This document shows positions 45,856 to 54,581 of a stretch of DNA of 54,623 bases, one piece after another (position 1 is the stretch's first letter; each line of letters starts with the position of its first letter). Under the pieces are notes generated by a model. That model was given only the letters and a program-made list of their open reading frames with translations, ran no database searches and was not told where the DNA came from. The stretch is from a virus (taxonomy: Duplodnaviria; Caudoviricetes). Position numbers and translations under genes: made by a program. The DNA is taken from the IMG/VR virus record IMGVR_UViG_3300037882_002110, positions 1 through 54,623 of that record; one strand, written 5' to 3'.

Positions 45856-46082
45856 AATACAATCATGGTTTGGGTTCCGATTTAGAACTGGTGGGAAGAT
45901 GAGTAATACATACCCATCGAAATGTTTTTTGTGTCATCAAAAAGTGGTGACTGGGGCTGGTCGACCCAAAACTGTGAACGGCAAAACTCAGTTCTTTCAT
46001 CAAAAATGTTTTTTCGAGTTCAAACAGCTTAGATGAATCTTGAGGCCCCTTTGTGAACAACCCAGTGTTAAGGATACACCAA

Positions 46083-46421
46083 ATGAAAGTTGAAATCATT
46101 GCTAAAGTCTGTCACGAAGTGAACCGCGCCTATTGCATCGGGATTGGCGACAATTCTCAGCCTAGTTGGGAGGATGCACCAGATTGGCAGAAAGAATCCG
46201 CCATCAAAGGCGTCGAATACAAACTGGCCAACGCTGGGGCCAGCCCAGACATGTCCCACCAGTCTTGGCTGGAAGAAAAAGAGCGCACTGGCTGGAAATA
46301 TGGTCCGGTCAAAGATCCAGAGAAGAAAGAACACCCCTGTTTTGTCCCGTACGACGAGCTTCCACAAGAACAACGCATTAAGGACTATCTGTTCATCGCG
46401 GTCGTGGATTCTCTCAAATGA
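46083..46421 (+). CDS. RyR-domain-containing protein
   Basis: IAKVCHEVNRAYC..WEDAPDWQ..H.SW...K...GW.YGPVKD...K.HPC.VPY.ELP..Q..KD.LF. Confidence 0.85.
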   Translation: MKVEIIAKVCHEVNRAYCIGIGDNSQPSWEDAPDWQKESAIKGVEYKLANAGASPDMSHQSWLEEKERTGWKYGPVKDPEKKEHPCFVPYDELPQEQRIKDYLFIAVVDSLK

Positions 46422-46945
46422 GTGACTTCGACGGTCACGTGATACATCTGCACGAGGGCTCGGCGTCTCTACAACAGTTTGTGTGGAAGAATCCCACCCA
46501 ATCTGCATATTGGATGCGGTTTGTCTTCTGGGACCAAGGCGTGGCCGTCACTGGGGATTGTGGCGACCTGCTGTTGAATCCTTACGGGGCCAAGGATTCC
46601 TTGGGCTGGTTCAAGGGTGCGCTCGACAGTCCACGATACATACTGTCCAAGGCCCCAAGCAATATGAAGGATGGTTTGTACAGGTACGACCAAGACCGGG
46701 CTAAACAGGCTGTCATAAACGTCCTTGAACATTGTTCGGAGAGTGAGAGAGACGGGTTCAAGGACCTGCTCACAGAAATCGAAGGTGGCGACATCTGCAA
46801 TGAGCACGATTTCCAGAGGGAGTTTTACAATGTCTCCTCTAACTTCGATCTGCCGGACCCTAGGTCGTTGTCCTTTTCCACGCTGACTATCCTTGAAGGC
46901 TCGAAGGCGTTTTGCAGAGCCCATGACCTTTGGATGCCCAAATGA
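46418..46945 (+). CDS. Hypothetical protein
   Basis: VAVTGDCGD; coupled. Confidence 0.7.
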   Translation: MSDFDGHVIHLHEGSASLQQFVWKNPTQSAYWMRFVFWDQGVAVTGDCGDLLLNPYGAKDSLGWFKGALDSPRYILSKAPSNMKDGLYRYDQDRAKQAVINVLEHCSESERDGFKDLLTEIEGGDICNEHDFQREFYNVSSNFDLPDPRSLSFSTLTILEGSKAFCRAHDLWMPK

Positions 46946-47163
46946 TTCCAAAGCGTGATGAACTTCCAGACAAACTCGACGAAGTCTTCCCTCTCGACAC
47001 CATAGCGGTTCACGTGACCTATCGATATGTGGTAGCTTGGGCTGAAGACCCTAAGACGAGAGAGCGGAAACCCGTTTACGGCGGTGACATGGCTAGGTAT
47101 TTGGCCGAGACTGGATTTGAACTCGACCGTGGTGGTCTTAGGCCAGACGTGAACAGGGGGTAG
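46942..47163 (+). CDS. Hypothetical protein
   Basis: ATGA overlap. Confidence 0.5.
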   Translation: MIPKRDELPDKLDEVFPLDTIAVHVTYRYVVAWAEDPKTRERKPVYGGDMARYLAETGFELDRGGLRPDVNRG

Positions 47164-47164
47164 T

Positions 47165-47773
47165 GTGGGCAAGCTAGGCGGTGGCAAAGTCAACAGAAGG
47201 CCCAAAGAGGAGAGGTCGGAAGCCGACTTCTATCCGACCCCGGCTTATGCGACCCAAGCTTTAATCGATGATGTCGGGATAGTGCCCAGGGCAGGTGGGA
47301 TTTGGGAACCGGCATCGGGTGACGGGGCTATCTCCAAGGTCTTCTTGGCCCAAGGATTCGAGGTCGAGTCCTCAGACCTACGGACTGACGCTGGCATTTT
47401 TGGCACCCCTGGGCTGGACTTTCTGAAGCTTGAGGGGCCGTCCAACCCGGGGTTCAGACACCTGATAACCAACCCTCCTTACAGTCACGTTCGTCCTTTC
47501 CTAAAGCATGCCCTCTCCATGTTGGATTCCGGTCGTTTGGACTCGGTTTCCTTTCTGGTCCGTCTGGCCTTTCTCGAAAGCGCCCATCGAGGGGCCATAT
47601 TTCTGTCTAAGCCCCCGTCCAGAGTGTTGGTGTTCTCCAAGAGGCTCCCATGGTTCAATCCAGAGACCAGGACCATGGAGGACAAATCGGGACAATTCGG
47701 CCACATTTGGATTCGTTGGGACCGCTTCTACAAGGGTCCCACCACAATCGGCTGGTACTTGCGTCCCACCTAA
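47165..47773 (+). CDS. Amino (N6-A/N4-C) DNA methyltransferase
   Basis: DFYPTP, WEPASGDGAI (motif I), DFL, ITNPPY (motif IV). Confidence 0.88.
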   Translation: MGKLGGGKVNRRPKEERSEADFYPTPAYATQALIDDVGIVPRAGGIWEPASGDGAISKVFLAQGFEVESSDLRTDAGIFGTPGLDFLKLEGPSNPGFRHLITNPPYSHVRPFLKHALSMLDSGRLDSVSFLVRLAFLESAHRGAIFLSKPPSRVLVFSKRLPWFNPETRTMEDKSGQFGHIWIRWDRFYKGPTTIGWYLRPT

Positions 47774-47853
47774 TATATGGTTGACCCCATAGTATATCCC
47801 ATGCTAGGCTAGGGCTTTTTTAGGCCCTTTCAAGTCTCGTGGAGTATGCGTAC

Positions 47854-48405
47854 ATGGGAAAGCTTCGGAGCGTACTAGGGGTTGAAATAGATGAGAATTC
47901 TTTGTCTCCAGAACAACGGGAAACTCTGTTTTCGGAGCTTCGTCTGAAGGCTTCGGCAGTGGTCAAATCCTTTGTCGACCACCAGTCTTCTGTCCTGTTC
48001 CGAAATAAACCCAGAGTCGCTGTCCACGTGGCCGCGAGATCCTTCGGGCACCCCGGTAGGTCTTTCATCTCTTTCGCTTACACCTGGGAAAAGAAGCCTT
48101 ACACCCATGTCAGGGCTCTGTCCAACTATCACACCCAGGATGAAGCCACCTACATAGCAGTTATAGAAGCCATCAGGGCAGTGTCTTCCCACGTGTCAAA
48201 GGTTCCGATTTTGATCCGGTGTTCTAACAAGAACGTGGTCCTTCAAGCCATCGGAGACTACAAGGTCAGGTCGCCATCTATGAAGGCTCTATCTAAAGAG
48301 CTGGAGTCTCTGGCCAAAGACTTGCAGGTGTTCTATGAACTTGTTCCTCAGGCCCTTGTTTTCGAACCCTTGACCATGATATCTACTTATGCTAAAGCTT
48401 CCTGA
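47854..48405 (+). CDS. RNase HI-like protein lacking catalytic carboxylates
   Basis: VAARSFGHPG, TQDEATYIAVIEAI, RCSNKNVVLQAIGDYKV, ELVPQ mirror RNase HI DGASRGNPG/TNNxAEY/DSxLVVxQxxGxYKV/VPR. Confidence 0.7.
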   Translation: MGKLRSVLGVEIDENSLSPEQRETLFSELRLKASAVVKSFVDHQSSVLFRNKPRVAVHVAARSFGHPGRSFISFAYTWEKKPYTHVRALSNYHTQDEATYIAVIEAIRAVSSHVSKVPILIRCSNKNVVLQAIGDYKVRSPSMKALSKELESLAKDLQVFYELVPQALVFEPLTMISTYAKAS

Positions 48406-48497
48406 CTCGGAGTTACTAACTTAAGCTCGTTCTTTCTTCACCGAAAGGTTCCCTTTTCACCTATCCTACTTCTTATACTACACACTAGGATTTAACC

Positions 48498-49082
48498 ATG
48501 AATATCAACATCCCAAAGCTCGTATCAGACCTCAGAGATTCAACGGATGAAGAAGTAGACGATTTCTTCGACAAATATTTGTCCATCCCACCAGTCGTGA
48601 CACGTCTTCTAAAGATGGTTCCCCTCTTTTACAGACATTCCTCATCCGCGTCTCCAGACCCCATCGGACTCAGGCTCTCCTTGGACATGTCACTGGTCAC
48701 TGGCGAGCCTTTTGACCTCAACCAGTGTTTCGTAATGCTGGTGGCTGGAAAAGACGGAACCCTACACATGTCCGAGACCAGGGAGAGGATTTCGATGTTC
48801 GTCCACAAGGCGGAATCTATTCTGGCCCTTTATCGCAAGGACAAAGATTCTGAAGCCACCAGAGCCAAAGTTCTGGAGGATCTGAAGAATAACCTTCCGA
48901 CTTTGCCTCCTCAAGTCTCCTCCAGGGTTTCTCTTGACCCTGTGGCTAAGCTGGCTTCTCCTGTTCTAGAACTTAGGTTTAAGACTCTCGACGCCTACAA
49001 GGATTTTGTCCAAACCTTCCAGTCGAAGAGAGTCATTCGCTACGTCAACAGGAAGCCCAACTTCGGAGAACTCGTTCAATGA
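48498..49082 (+). CDS. Hypothetical protein
   Basis: AGGA RBS, 194 aa. Confidence 0.65.
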   Translation: MNINIPKLVSDLRDSTDEEVDDFFDKYLSIPPVVTRLLKMVPLFYRHSSSASPDPIGLRLSLDMSLVTGEPFDLNQCFVMLVAGKDGTLHMSETRERISMFVHKAESILALYRKDKDSEATRAKVLEDLKNNLPTLPPQVSSRVSLDPVAKLASPVLELRFKTLDAYKDFVQTFQSKRVIRYVNRKPNFGELVQ

Positions 49083-49435
49083 GCATCCAAATTAATGCCA
49101 CCCCCTGGGTCATCGAATTCGTGGACACAGATGGCGCTAAGGCTCATGCTGAAGTGACTTTGGCTGTGGTAGACAAAACCATTTTGCCCAAGTTCAGACT
49201 TCTTGGGGATGAAGTGGCCAGGGAACGCCTTGCCAGATTTCTGGCTTTAAACTTTGCGGACCCTCTGGTTGAACATGACACGACTTTGACTTACCCGGTG
49301 GTGTCCAGGCTCCACGCGTCCAAAGGTTTGAACACTGAACAGGCTCCTCACTACAACTATCGTCCTGTATTTGACAATGTGGATAGCTTTCCCGACAGGC
49401 TTCGCACTATGAACAGGGCTCCGGCCCCTAACTGA
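49079..49435 (+). CDS. Hypothetical protein
   Basis: ATGA overlap. Confidence 0.6.
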   Translation: MSIQINATPWVIEFVDTDGAKAHAEVTLAVVDKTILPKFRLLGDEVARERLARFLALNFADPLVEHDTTLTYPVVSRLHASKGLNTEQAPHYNYRPVFDNVDSFPDRLRTMNRAPAPN

Positions 49436-49480
49436 CCTTATCCTTTCGCCTCGACGTCTATCTATGATATACTGGTATTT

Positions 49481-50137
49481 ATGGATAGACTTACCCTTAG
49501 AAAATTCGCCACGGCCCTCTTGAACGCTCCTCAATCTGAAGTCAAAGCTCGTCTTCAGAATGCGGACTTGTCCGCTATCGAACTGTCCATAGTTAAAGCA
49601 GTGGAGAGGTCGACCTCTACAGGGGACTTTGAACCTGTTTGGGCTCTGGTGAACTCGGCTCCAGTTCTCGAATCCTCGGAAGTCCAGGATGCGGAGCTTC
49701 TTCCGTCTGCAGACAAGACCAGTACCCATCTGGACATTCCAGCTTTGAAGCAAGCCTTGACCGAGGGCATCTTTGCTTCTGTGGCGACGCTTGCTTCCCA
49801 ATCCAAGCATGACTATGCCAGAATGGACACCCTTCGGCGGTCCATAGTTGAGATGGAATCGAGGCTCTTCACTCCAGAGAACATCAAGGGGATGTCCCAG
49901 GGGCAGCTTACCAAGCTTTATGCCGTGGCTTCCAATAATCTGACATCAACCATGGCTCACCTTAGGGGAGTCACGGCCAATATCGCGTTTGGTGCTGAAG
50001 CTTTGTCTCAGATTGAAAAGTTCGAACCGGACGTGGCTCCCAAATCTGGGATGACTCCAGAGGCTACTCAGGCCCTCTTTTCCGTCCGGTTGAAGATCAG
50101 GCAACTCTTGGAAGCTAAGTCCAAGAAGTCAGATTAA
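49481..50137 (+). CDS. Hypothetical helical protein
   Basis: TG-a-TATACT element just upstream; 218 aa. Confidence 0.65.
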   Translation: MDRLTLRKFATALLNAPQSEVKARLQNADLSAIELSIVKAVERSTSTGDFEPVWALVNSAPVLESSEVQDAELLPSADKTSTHLDIPALKQALTEGIFASVATLASQSKHDYARMDTLRRSIVEMESRLFTPENIKGMSQGQLTKLYAVASNNLTSTMAHLRGVTANIAFGAEALSQIEKFEPDVAPKSGMTPEATQALFSVRLKIRQLLEAKSKKSD

Positions 50138-50967
50138 GGCGCGTACCAGCAGGTAGGACGCTTCCCGATAGAGACTTGGCAGGCCGCGTCAGCGGATTTG
50201 GTTTTCGGGATCACGTTGAACGGAAAGGTCTTTCCGCAAACGGCCCCGGCCAAATAGGTATCCAACCGGCATTGAGCCCTTGGGTGCGAGACTTGAGTCC
50301 TCGAAACCACTTGCCTGTCTGGTGTGGAGAAGGACGGAGTCTGAGCCCCATTCAAGGATGCAAGCAAGTTGGCCAGAGACTGGCCAGCAGCCGCTTGGCG
50401 GTAGCAGAGGTCCCGGTTCCCCTGGGACTTCCAGGTCTGGTCGCATTTCGATTTCTCGATTTGACCCACAGTGTCTCTGAAGGTGGCGTTCACAGACGCT
50501 TCGGATTTCCACACCAAGCGTCCGCACGCTTGAGTGGCGAACATGTCCGATTGGCCTTCTGAAGCGGCCCATTCTCCAGACCCATACAGGGGGAATCCAC
50601 CGAGGTGGTGACCCAGCTCATGACATACCACCAGGGCGAACCCGTCCAGTGTGACTTCGGGCCTTCTCGCGAGCCCTCCGTACATATTGAGAATCCAGGT
50701 TTTGCCCTGTTGTTCGGCGGATGCGTTCACGGTCGAGTTCGTCCAGAGACGGTTGACTTTCAGTGAAGCCCCGTGTCCAGCCACGGCTGCTCGGTACTTG
50801 TTTACCACTTTGTCGATTTCAGCGTTGAATTCCTGTTCGGTGGTGCCAGCTCCCTCGCACCACAAACAGTCTTCTTTCCACAGGTCGTTCTCTGGGAATC
50901 CGGCCTTGGCCGTTCCAGACAGAAGTCCCATCGTCACGAGGCCGAAGGCAAGCAGATTCTTCGTCAA
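50134..50967 (-). CDS. Secreted Cys-rich HExxH zinc metalloprotease
   Basis: Signal peptide; VNASA..MYGGLAR..VVCHELGHHLGG..SEGQSDMFA..HP.AQCRLDT..RP.CWY. Confidence 0.85.
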   Translation of the reverse strand: MTKNLLAFGLVTMGLLSGTAKAGFPENDLWKEDCLWCEGAGTTEQEFNAEIDKVVNKYRAAVAGHGASLKVNRLWTNSTVNASAEQQGKTWILNMYGGLARRPEVTLDGFALVVCHELGHHLGGFPLYGSGEWAASEGQSDMFATQACGRLVWKSEASVNATFRDTVGQIEKSKCDQTWKSQGNRDLCYRQAAAGQSLANLLASLNGAQTPSFSTPDRQVVSRTQVSHPRAQCRLDTYLAGAVCGKTFPFNVIPKTKSADAACQVSIGKRPTCWYAP

Positions 50968-51099
50968 GGTGTGTCTCCTAGGTTTCCAGTCCCAGTCTGG
51001 GCTGTTACCAGGAGAATCGCTGGCTGGGTGGCCAAACCCTGGTCCTTCTCGTTTGGGTTCTCCAGGTAGCAGTTACAACTCAAATCAGGAGATGTCCGT

Positions 51100-51537
51100 A
51101 TGACGGCCCAGAACCAAAGACTGAACCCTATATCTGTCATTCGGATCGTGGACGGAGACACTTTTGTGGCCTGGATGGACCTTGGTCATGGGGTTCGAAT
51201 CCAAAAGCATTTCCGGTTGGCCAGAATCGACACCCCAGAGGTTAATTCCAAAGACCCCGACGAGCGGGAAAGGGCTAAGATAGCTACCAGGGCTCTCCAG
51301 GCGTTTTTAGACGTGCCAAAGCTTGAATGCCGTGTGGACACCTACGATAGATATGGGCGCATGGTGGCTGAGGTACTCCTGCCCTCTGGGGAGTTCGTCT
51401 CCGACAAAATGCTCGAAGGTGGATATGCAGTTCCCTATCTCAACCCCAAGCCTCCCCCGAAACCAGCGGAGACAGTCAAGGTCTCCGATGCTCATTTCAC
51501 AGAAGGCGTATCTTTCGGCACTCTTTCCGACGACTAA
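51100..51537 (+). CDS. Thermonuclease (SNase-like)
   Basis: RIVDGDT..RLARIDTPE..DRYGR.VAEV..GYA. Confidence 0.92.
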   Translation: MTAQNQRLNPISVIRIVDGDTFVAWMDLGHGVRIQKHFRLARIDTPEVNSKDPDERERAKIATRALQAFLDVPKLECRVDTYDRYGRMVAEVLLPSGEFVSDKMLEGGYAVPYLNPKPPPKPAETVKVSDAHFTEGVSFGTLSDD

Positions 51538-51835
51538 TTCAGTCCGTAAACATCTGGACCCGTTGTTTACTTACGCCATAGACAGACTCCGCACTTTGAA
51601 TATCTTTGCCGCTCTGTCTGGTGGATACATTAACCCGTTTACGGGCGACACCTTTCCTCCAAACCACGTGTTTCTCATTCTCAGGGGTGACCTTATCCAG
51701 GAGTTTAGCAGCGTGGTTTCGAAAGATGACATCAACTTCGTGACTCGTAGGACTCTGGAACTGCTCCCCAGAGCCATGCTGGAATGCGCAGACGAAGTGG
51801 ACCTTAAGATCGTTCCGTTCGAACCACTGGAGTAA
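51488..51835 (+). CDS. Hypothetical protein
   Basis: Internal ATG of ORF 51323-51835; fills the gap after the nuclease. Confidence 0.45.
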   Translation: MLISQKAYLSALFPTTNSVRKHLDPLFTYAIDRLRTLNIFAALSGGYINPFTGDTFPPNHVFLILRGDLIQEFSSVVSKDDINFVTRRTLELLPRAMLECADEVDLKIVPFEPLE

Positions 51836-51839
51836 ACTT

Positions 51840-52004
51840 ATGTCTCTCATCCTGATTCTTAAATTTGTGTGTCTGTTGCTGACCGTCATGTATGGAGTGG
51901 TGATAGTGGCTTCAGTCATCCACAAGAAGTCGATATCCAGCTCTCCCATCGTGGCTTTTGGCATTGGACTAGCGGGGTTTATCACTCTTCAATGGCTGAT
52001 GTAG
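51840..52004 (+). CDS. Small two-TM membrane protein (54 aa, below ORF-track cutoff)
   Basis: GGAG RBS; MSLILILKFVCLLLTVMYG...FITLQWLM. Confidence 0.55.
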   Translation: MSLILILKFVCLLLTVMYGVVIVASVIHKKSISSSPIVAFGIGLAGFITLQWLM

Positions 52005-52006
52005 AT

Positions 52007-52273
52007 ATGAGAGATAGACCCTTCCCGCCGATGTGCTACAAACACTTCGTCATGTTTGGGGGTCCAGGTCATACCATAGACGGCGTCCATGCTGACCTGA
52101 TGGTTCAGTTGGAAACAGAGAGAGACATGTTGGTAGAGGCAATTCAAGCCGTCATACTGGTGAAAGACCCGGTAGAAATCCGCAAGTCTATCTTTAGCGC
52201 ACTTCACCGAGTGGCCAAATCCAGGGCGATGTACGAACTTAAGCTTGCCAAGGGTATGTCCAATGCCCCGTAG
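52007..52273 (+). CDS. Hypothetical protein
   Basis: Tightly packed ORF. Confidence 0.5.
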   Translation: MRDRPFPPMCYKHFVMFGGPGHTIDGVHADLMVQLETERDMLVEAIQAVILVKDPVEIRKSIFSALHRVAKSRAMYELKLAKGMSNAP

Positions 52274-52616
52274 CGTCGGAGACCCAAATTTCCCAAAGAG
52301 ACTTGGGGCTCTGCTAAGAGAAAACAGGCTCATTAAAGGCATGTCTCAGGCTCAACTGGCAAAGAAAGTCGGGTGCTCGAAAGACTTGGTGTCTTCGGTG
52401 GAACAGGGCAAAACCTGTCCGTCAGTCCCGTTTCTGTTCTCGATGGCAGACCACCTGCAGATATCTTTGGACTCTCTTCGCAAGCCTTTAGAGCATCCAG
52501 TTCAAAGAGACCTTCAGAATGCCCAGACTTGGAGATACCGGGCCGAAAGGGCTGAGAAGAAGCTCGAACTCATACAAGAAGTCTTGAAACCAGCGTATCT
52601 GAAGGTGATGTCGTGA
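52263..52616 (+). CDS. XRE-family HTH regulator
   Basis: LRENR..KGMSQAQLAKKVGCS...VSSVEQG...PS. Confidence 0.88.
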   Translation: MPRSVGDPNFPKRLGALLRENRLIKGMSQAQLAKKVGCSKDLVSSVEQGKTCPSVPFLFSMADHLQISLDSLRKPLEHPVQRDLQNAQTWRYRAERAEKKLELIQEVLKPAYLKVMS

Positions 52617-52900
52617 AAAAAGTAGCCCATTCTACCTACTTGTCCTTGAGATTCTATGGGAGTTCCGGGTGGACTCGTGAGGAGTTGGAAGCTTGTCTCT
52701 TGTCCGGCTCCGTCGAGGATTCCCACAAGACTTTCGGGGATCCTCATGCAAGGGCTTATTTCTACAAGTCCAACGGGTCTCAATGGGACTTCGACAAGCT
52801 TGACGGTTTGGTGTCTGAAGTTAGCAGATACTCTGGGGCTCCTGCTAGTGACTTTGAAATGTCCACTCTGGAGTATATGAAGTCTATAGACTTCTGGTAG
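52613..52900 (+). CDS. Hypothetical protein
   Basis: GTGA overlap. Confidence 0.55.
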   Translation: MKKVAHSTYLSLRFYGSSGWTREELEACLLSGSVEDSHKTFGDPHARAYFYKSNGSQWDFDKLDGLVSEVSRYSGAPASDFEMSTLEYMKSIDFW

Positions 52901-52915
52901 ACCCAGTGGTATTCT
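52887..52915 (+). promoter_or_regulatory. Sigma-70-type promoter of tmRNA
   Basis: TAGACT-N17-TATTCT with extended TG. Confidence 0.6.
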
Positions 52916-52925
52916 GGATCTTGAC

Positions 52926-53285
52926 GGGTCTGAATTGGTCTCGACAGAGTCAGAGTTGGCCTTGATGTTCGTGCAGGTGATGCCAGCGGTTCGCCTTAAC
53001 CCATCGCTGGAAGCCGTAACTGGCAATGTTCCAATGCCTCTCGCGGCCTAAACAATCGCGAGCGACCCCAAACGGACGGGCAGCCTAGGTCCCTTGGTCA
53101 GTCGAAATTTCTAGGCGGTTCCCAAGGTGAGAGTTCGTCGAAAGTAGCCAGGGATCTGACACAAAGACGCGAGAGAAGAATCTGATGCCCAAAGCAGACT
53201 TCTCGGGAATTCCTTAAGGGCACGCACGTAAGACGGATAGGTAGACAGTCTCTGGACCCGGGTTCGATTCCCGGCAGATCCACCA
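52926..53285 (+). ncRNA. ssrA: tmRNA, predicted tag (A)GNVPMPLAA
   Basis: 5' GGGTCTG pairs with 3' CAGATCC-ACCA including a G3:U wobble; 5' ..TCGAC; T-arm CCGGG-TTCGATT-CCCGG; tag frame 53022-53051 after TAACT ending LAA-TAA in a hairpin. Confidence 0.93.
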
Positions 53286-53300
53286 ACTTTTGAGGTTTAA

Positions 53301-53537
53301 ATGTTCACCAAAAGGACGATAGTCTTGGGTTCCACTTCCTCCAAGGAAGCAGACGAAGCCTTTGGTCGCATGAGCGAGGCTTTCTCCCACATGGGTGACG
53401 CCTTCGGAAAAATGAACTGGGACAACCTGGGGTCAGGTTCCGGCATCGAGTGTACCGAAGCAGACGGGACCGTGACTCTTAAGGGTGAGGTTAAGAACGT
53501 CATCGTCAACGGCAAAGTCGTCTGGAGCGCGCAGTGA
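53301..53537 (+). CDS. Hypothetical protein
   Basis: GAGG RBS. Confidence 0.65.
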   Translation: MFTKRTIVLGSTSSKEADEAFGRMSEAFSHMGDAFGKMNWDNLGSGSGIECTEADGTVTLKGEVKNVIVNGKVVWSAQ

Positions 53538-53734
53538 AATTCGACATCAATTTGTCGCCAGATGCTTCGTTAGAGAGTGTCATCATGCTTCTCAACGGAC
53601 TAGGGCTTGTTTTTAATGGCGAGATAGACAGTCCTCGGTATCAAGAACTCGCAGCTCTACCGGGGGTCACTCTCACCCCCTCAAAGCCAAACCCACCTAT
53701 CGATATTTCAAAGCTGCTCTCCGAACCCGCATAG
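53534..53734 (+). CDS. Hypothetical protein
   Basis: GTGA overlap, GGAG RBS. Confidence 0.55.
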   Translation: MKFDINLSPDASLESVIMLLNGLGLVFNGEIDSPRYQELAALPGVTLTPSKPNPPIDISKLLSEPA

Positions 53735-53760
53735 ACTCTCCCTCCAGTCTGTGCTATTAT
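53732..53760 (+). promoter_or_regulatory. Sigma-70-type promoter (same design as the tmRNA promoter)
   Basis: TAGACT-N17-TATTAT with extended TG. Confidence 0.6.
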
Positions 53761-53766
53761 ATCTGT

Positions 53767-54010
53767 CTTAGATCCTAGCGATTGAACCCAGCAATGGGGG
53801 ATGGGCTGCTAGGGAGTTCGGCGGCTCTTTCTCCTTAACAAATCTCCGCCGGAGTGATAATCCAAGTTCCGTCTGGCTTGGTACTAGGCATCACACACGG
53901 ACTCAACCCTACGCCGCTCACGCGGAATGGGCAGTCGGATAGGATAAATTGGGTCCCTGGGAGTAGCTTCCGCTTCGGTGGCGGCGATGATACCCAGGGG
54001 CCCTTTTTTT
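53767..54010 (+). ncRNA. Candidate structured non-coding RNA of unknown family
   Basis: Own promoter, about five predicted hairpins, terminal GC stem plus T7, no convincing ORF. Confidence 0.5.
53951..54010 (+). terminator. Long terminator-like hairpin
   Basis: GGGTCCCTGGG...CCCAGGGGCCC followed by TTTTTTT, UUCG apical loop. Confidence 0.65.
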
Positions 54011-54068
54011 GTATCAAATCGTCCCGGCGGGGGCGTAGTCAGCCGCTAGCAGACCGGTCAAAGTCTGC

Positions 54069-54581
54069 TTACCCTAGTCGGCCTTCGCAAATGGGTCCGA
54101 TCGCTCTTTCGATGCTGATGGGGTCGGTCAGTTTAAGTCCGCACACCGAGCAATGTCCGGTGATTCTGCCGTAGTTCCTAACGGACTCCTTCACGTCCAC
54201 GCTTGCTACCCTCAGGGTTTCAAGGACAGCTTCCGAGCACGTATTGTAGGGCTCGAAGGTTCCGTCTGGACGGATTCTGCCGAGGGTCTTCCGCGACTCG
54301 AAGGACTCGTCGGTGTTGACCCACAGGGAGCCTTCATACTTGCCCGACCCCAGAGTGACCCGGATTCTGGTCTCCCCGTGCGCCAGCCTTAGAATAGGTC
54401 TCTTGAGACCTTCTGCCACCTTCAGGAACTTCTCACGCACTGGTCCCAGGTCTATCGACTTGACTTCTGGCTTGACCTTTTCTACCTCAGCCTTCTTGTC
54501 GATGGACTCCTGTCCCAGGTAGATGAGCCACAGGACCTGTTTGTCCGATAAGGAGAAGGGGTCGGCCTTGTACTTGGACAT
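54069..54581 (-). CDS. DUF6011-type Zn-ribbon protein
   Basis: YGRITGHCSVCGLKLTDPISIERAIGPIC. Confidence 0.8.
   Translation of the reverse strand: MSKYKADPFSLSDKQVLWLIYLGQESIDKKAEVEKVKPEVKSIDLGPVREKFLKVAEGLKRPILRLAHGETRIRVTLGSGKYEGSLWVNTDESFESRKTLGRIRPDGTFEPYNTCSEAVLETLRVASVDVKESVRNYGRITGHCSVCGLKLTDPISIERAIGPICEGRLG

Noticed and set aside
53255-53285. tRNA gene or integration-site remnant
   Set aside because: The T-arm and CCA pair with a 5' end 360 nt upstream and enclose a tag ORF, so it is a tmRNA; no integrase or duplicated att seen
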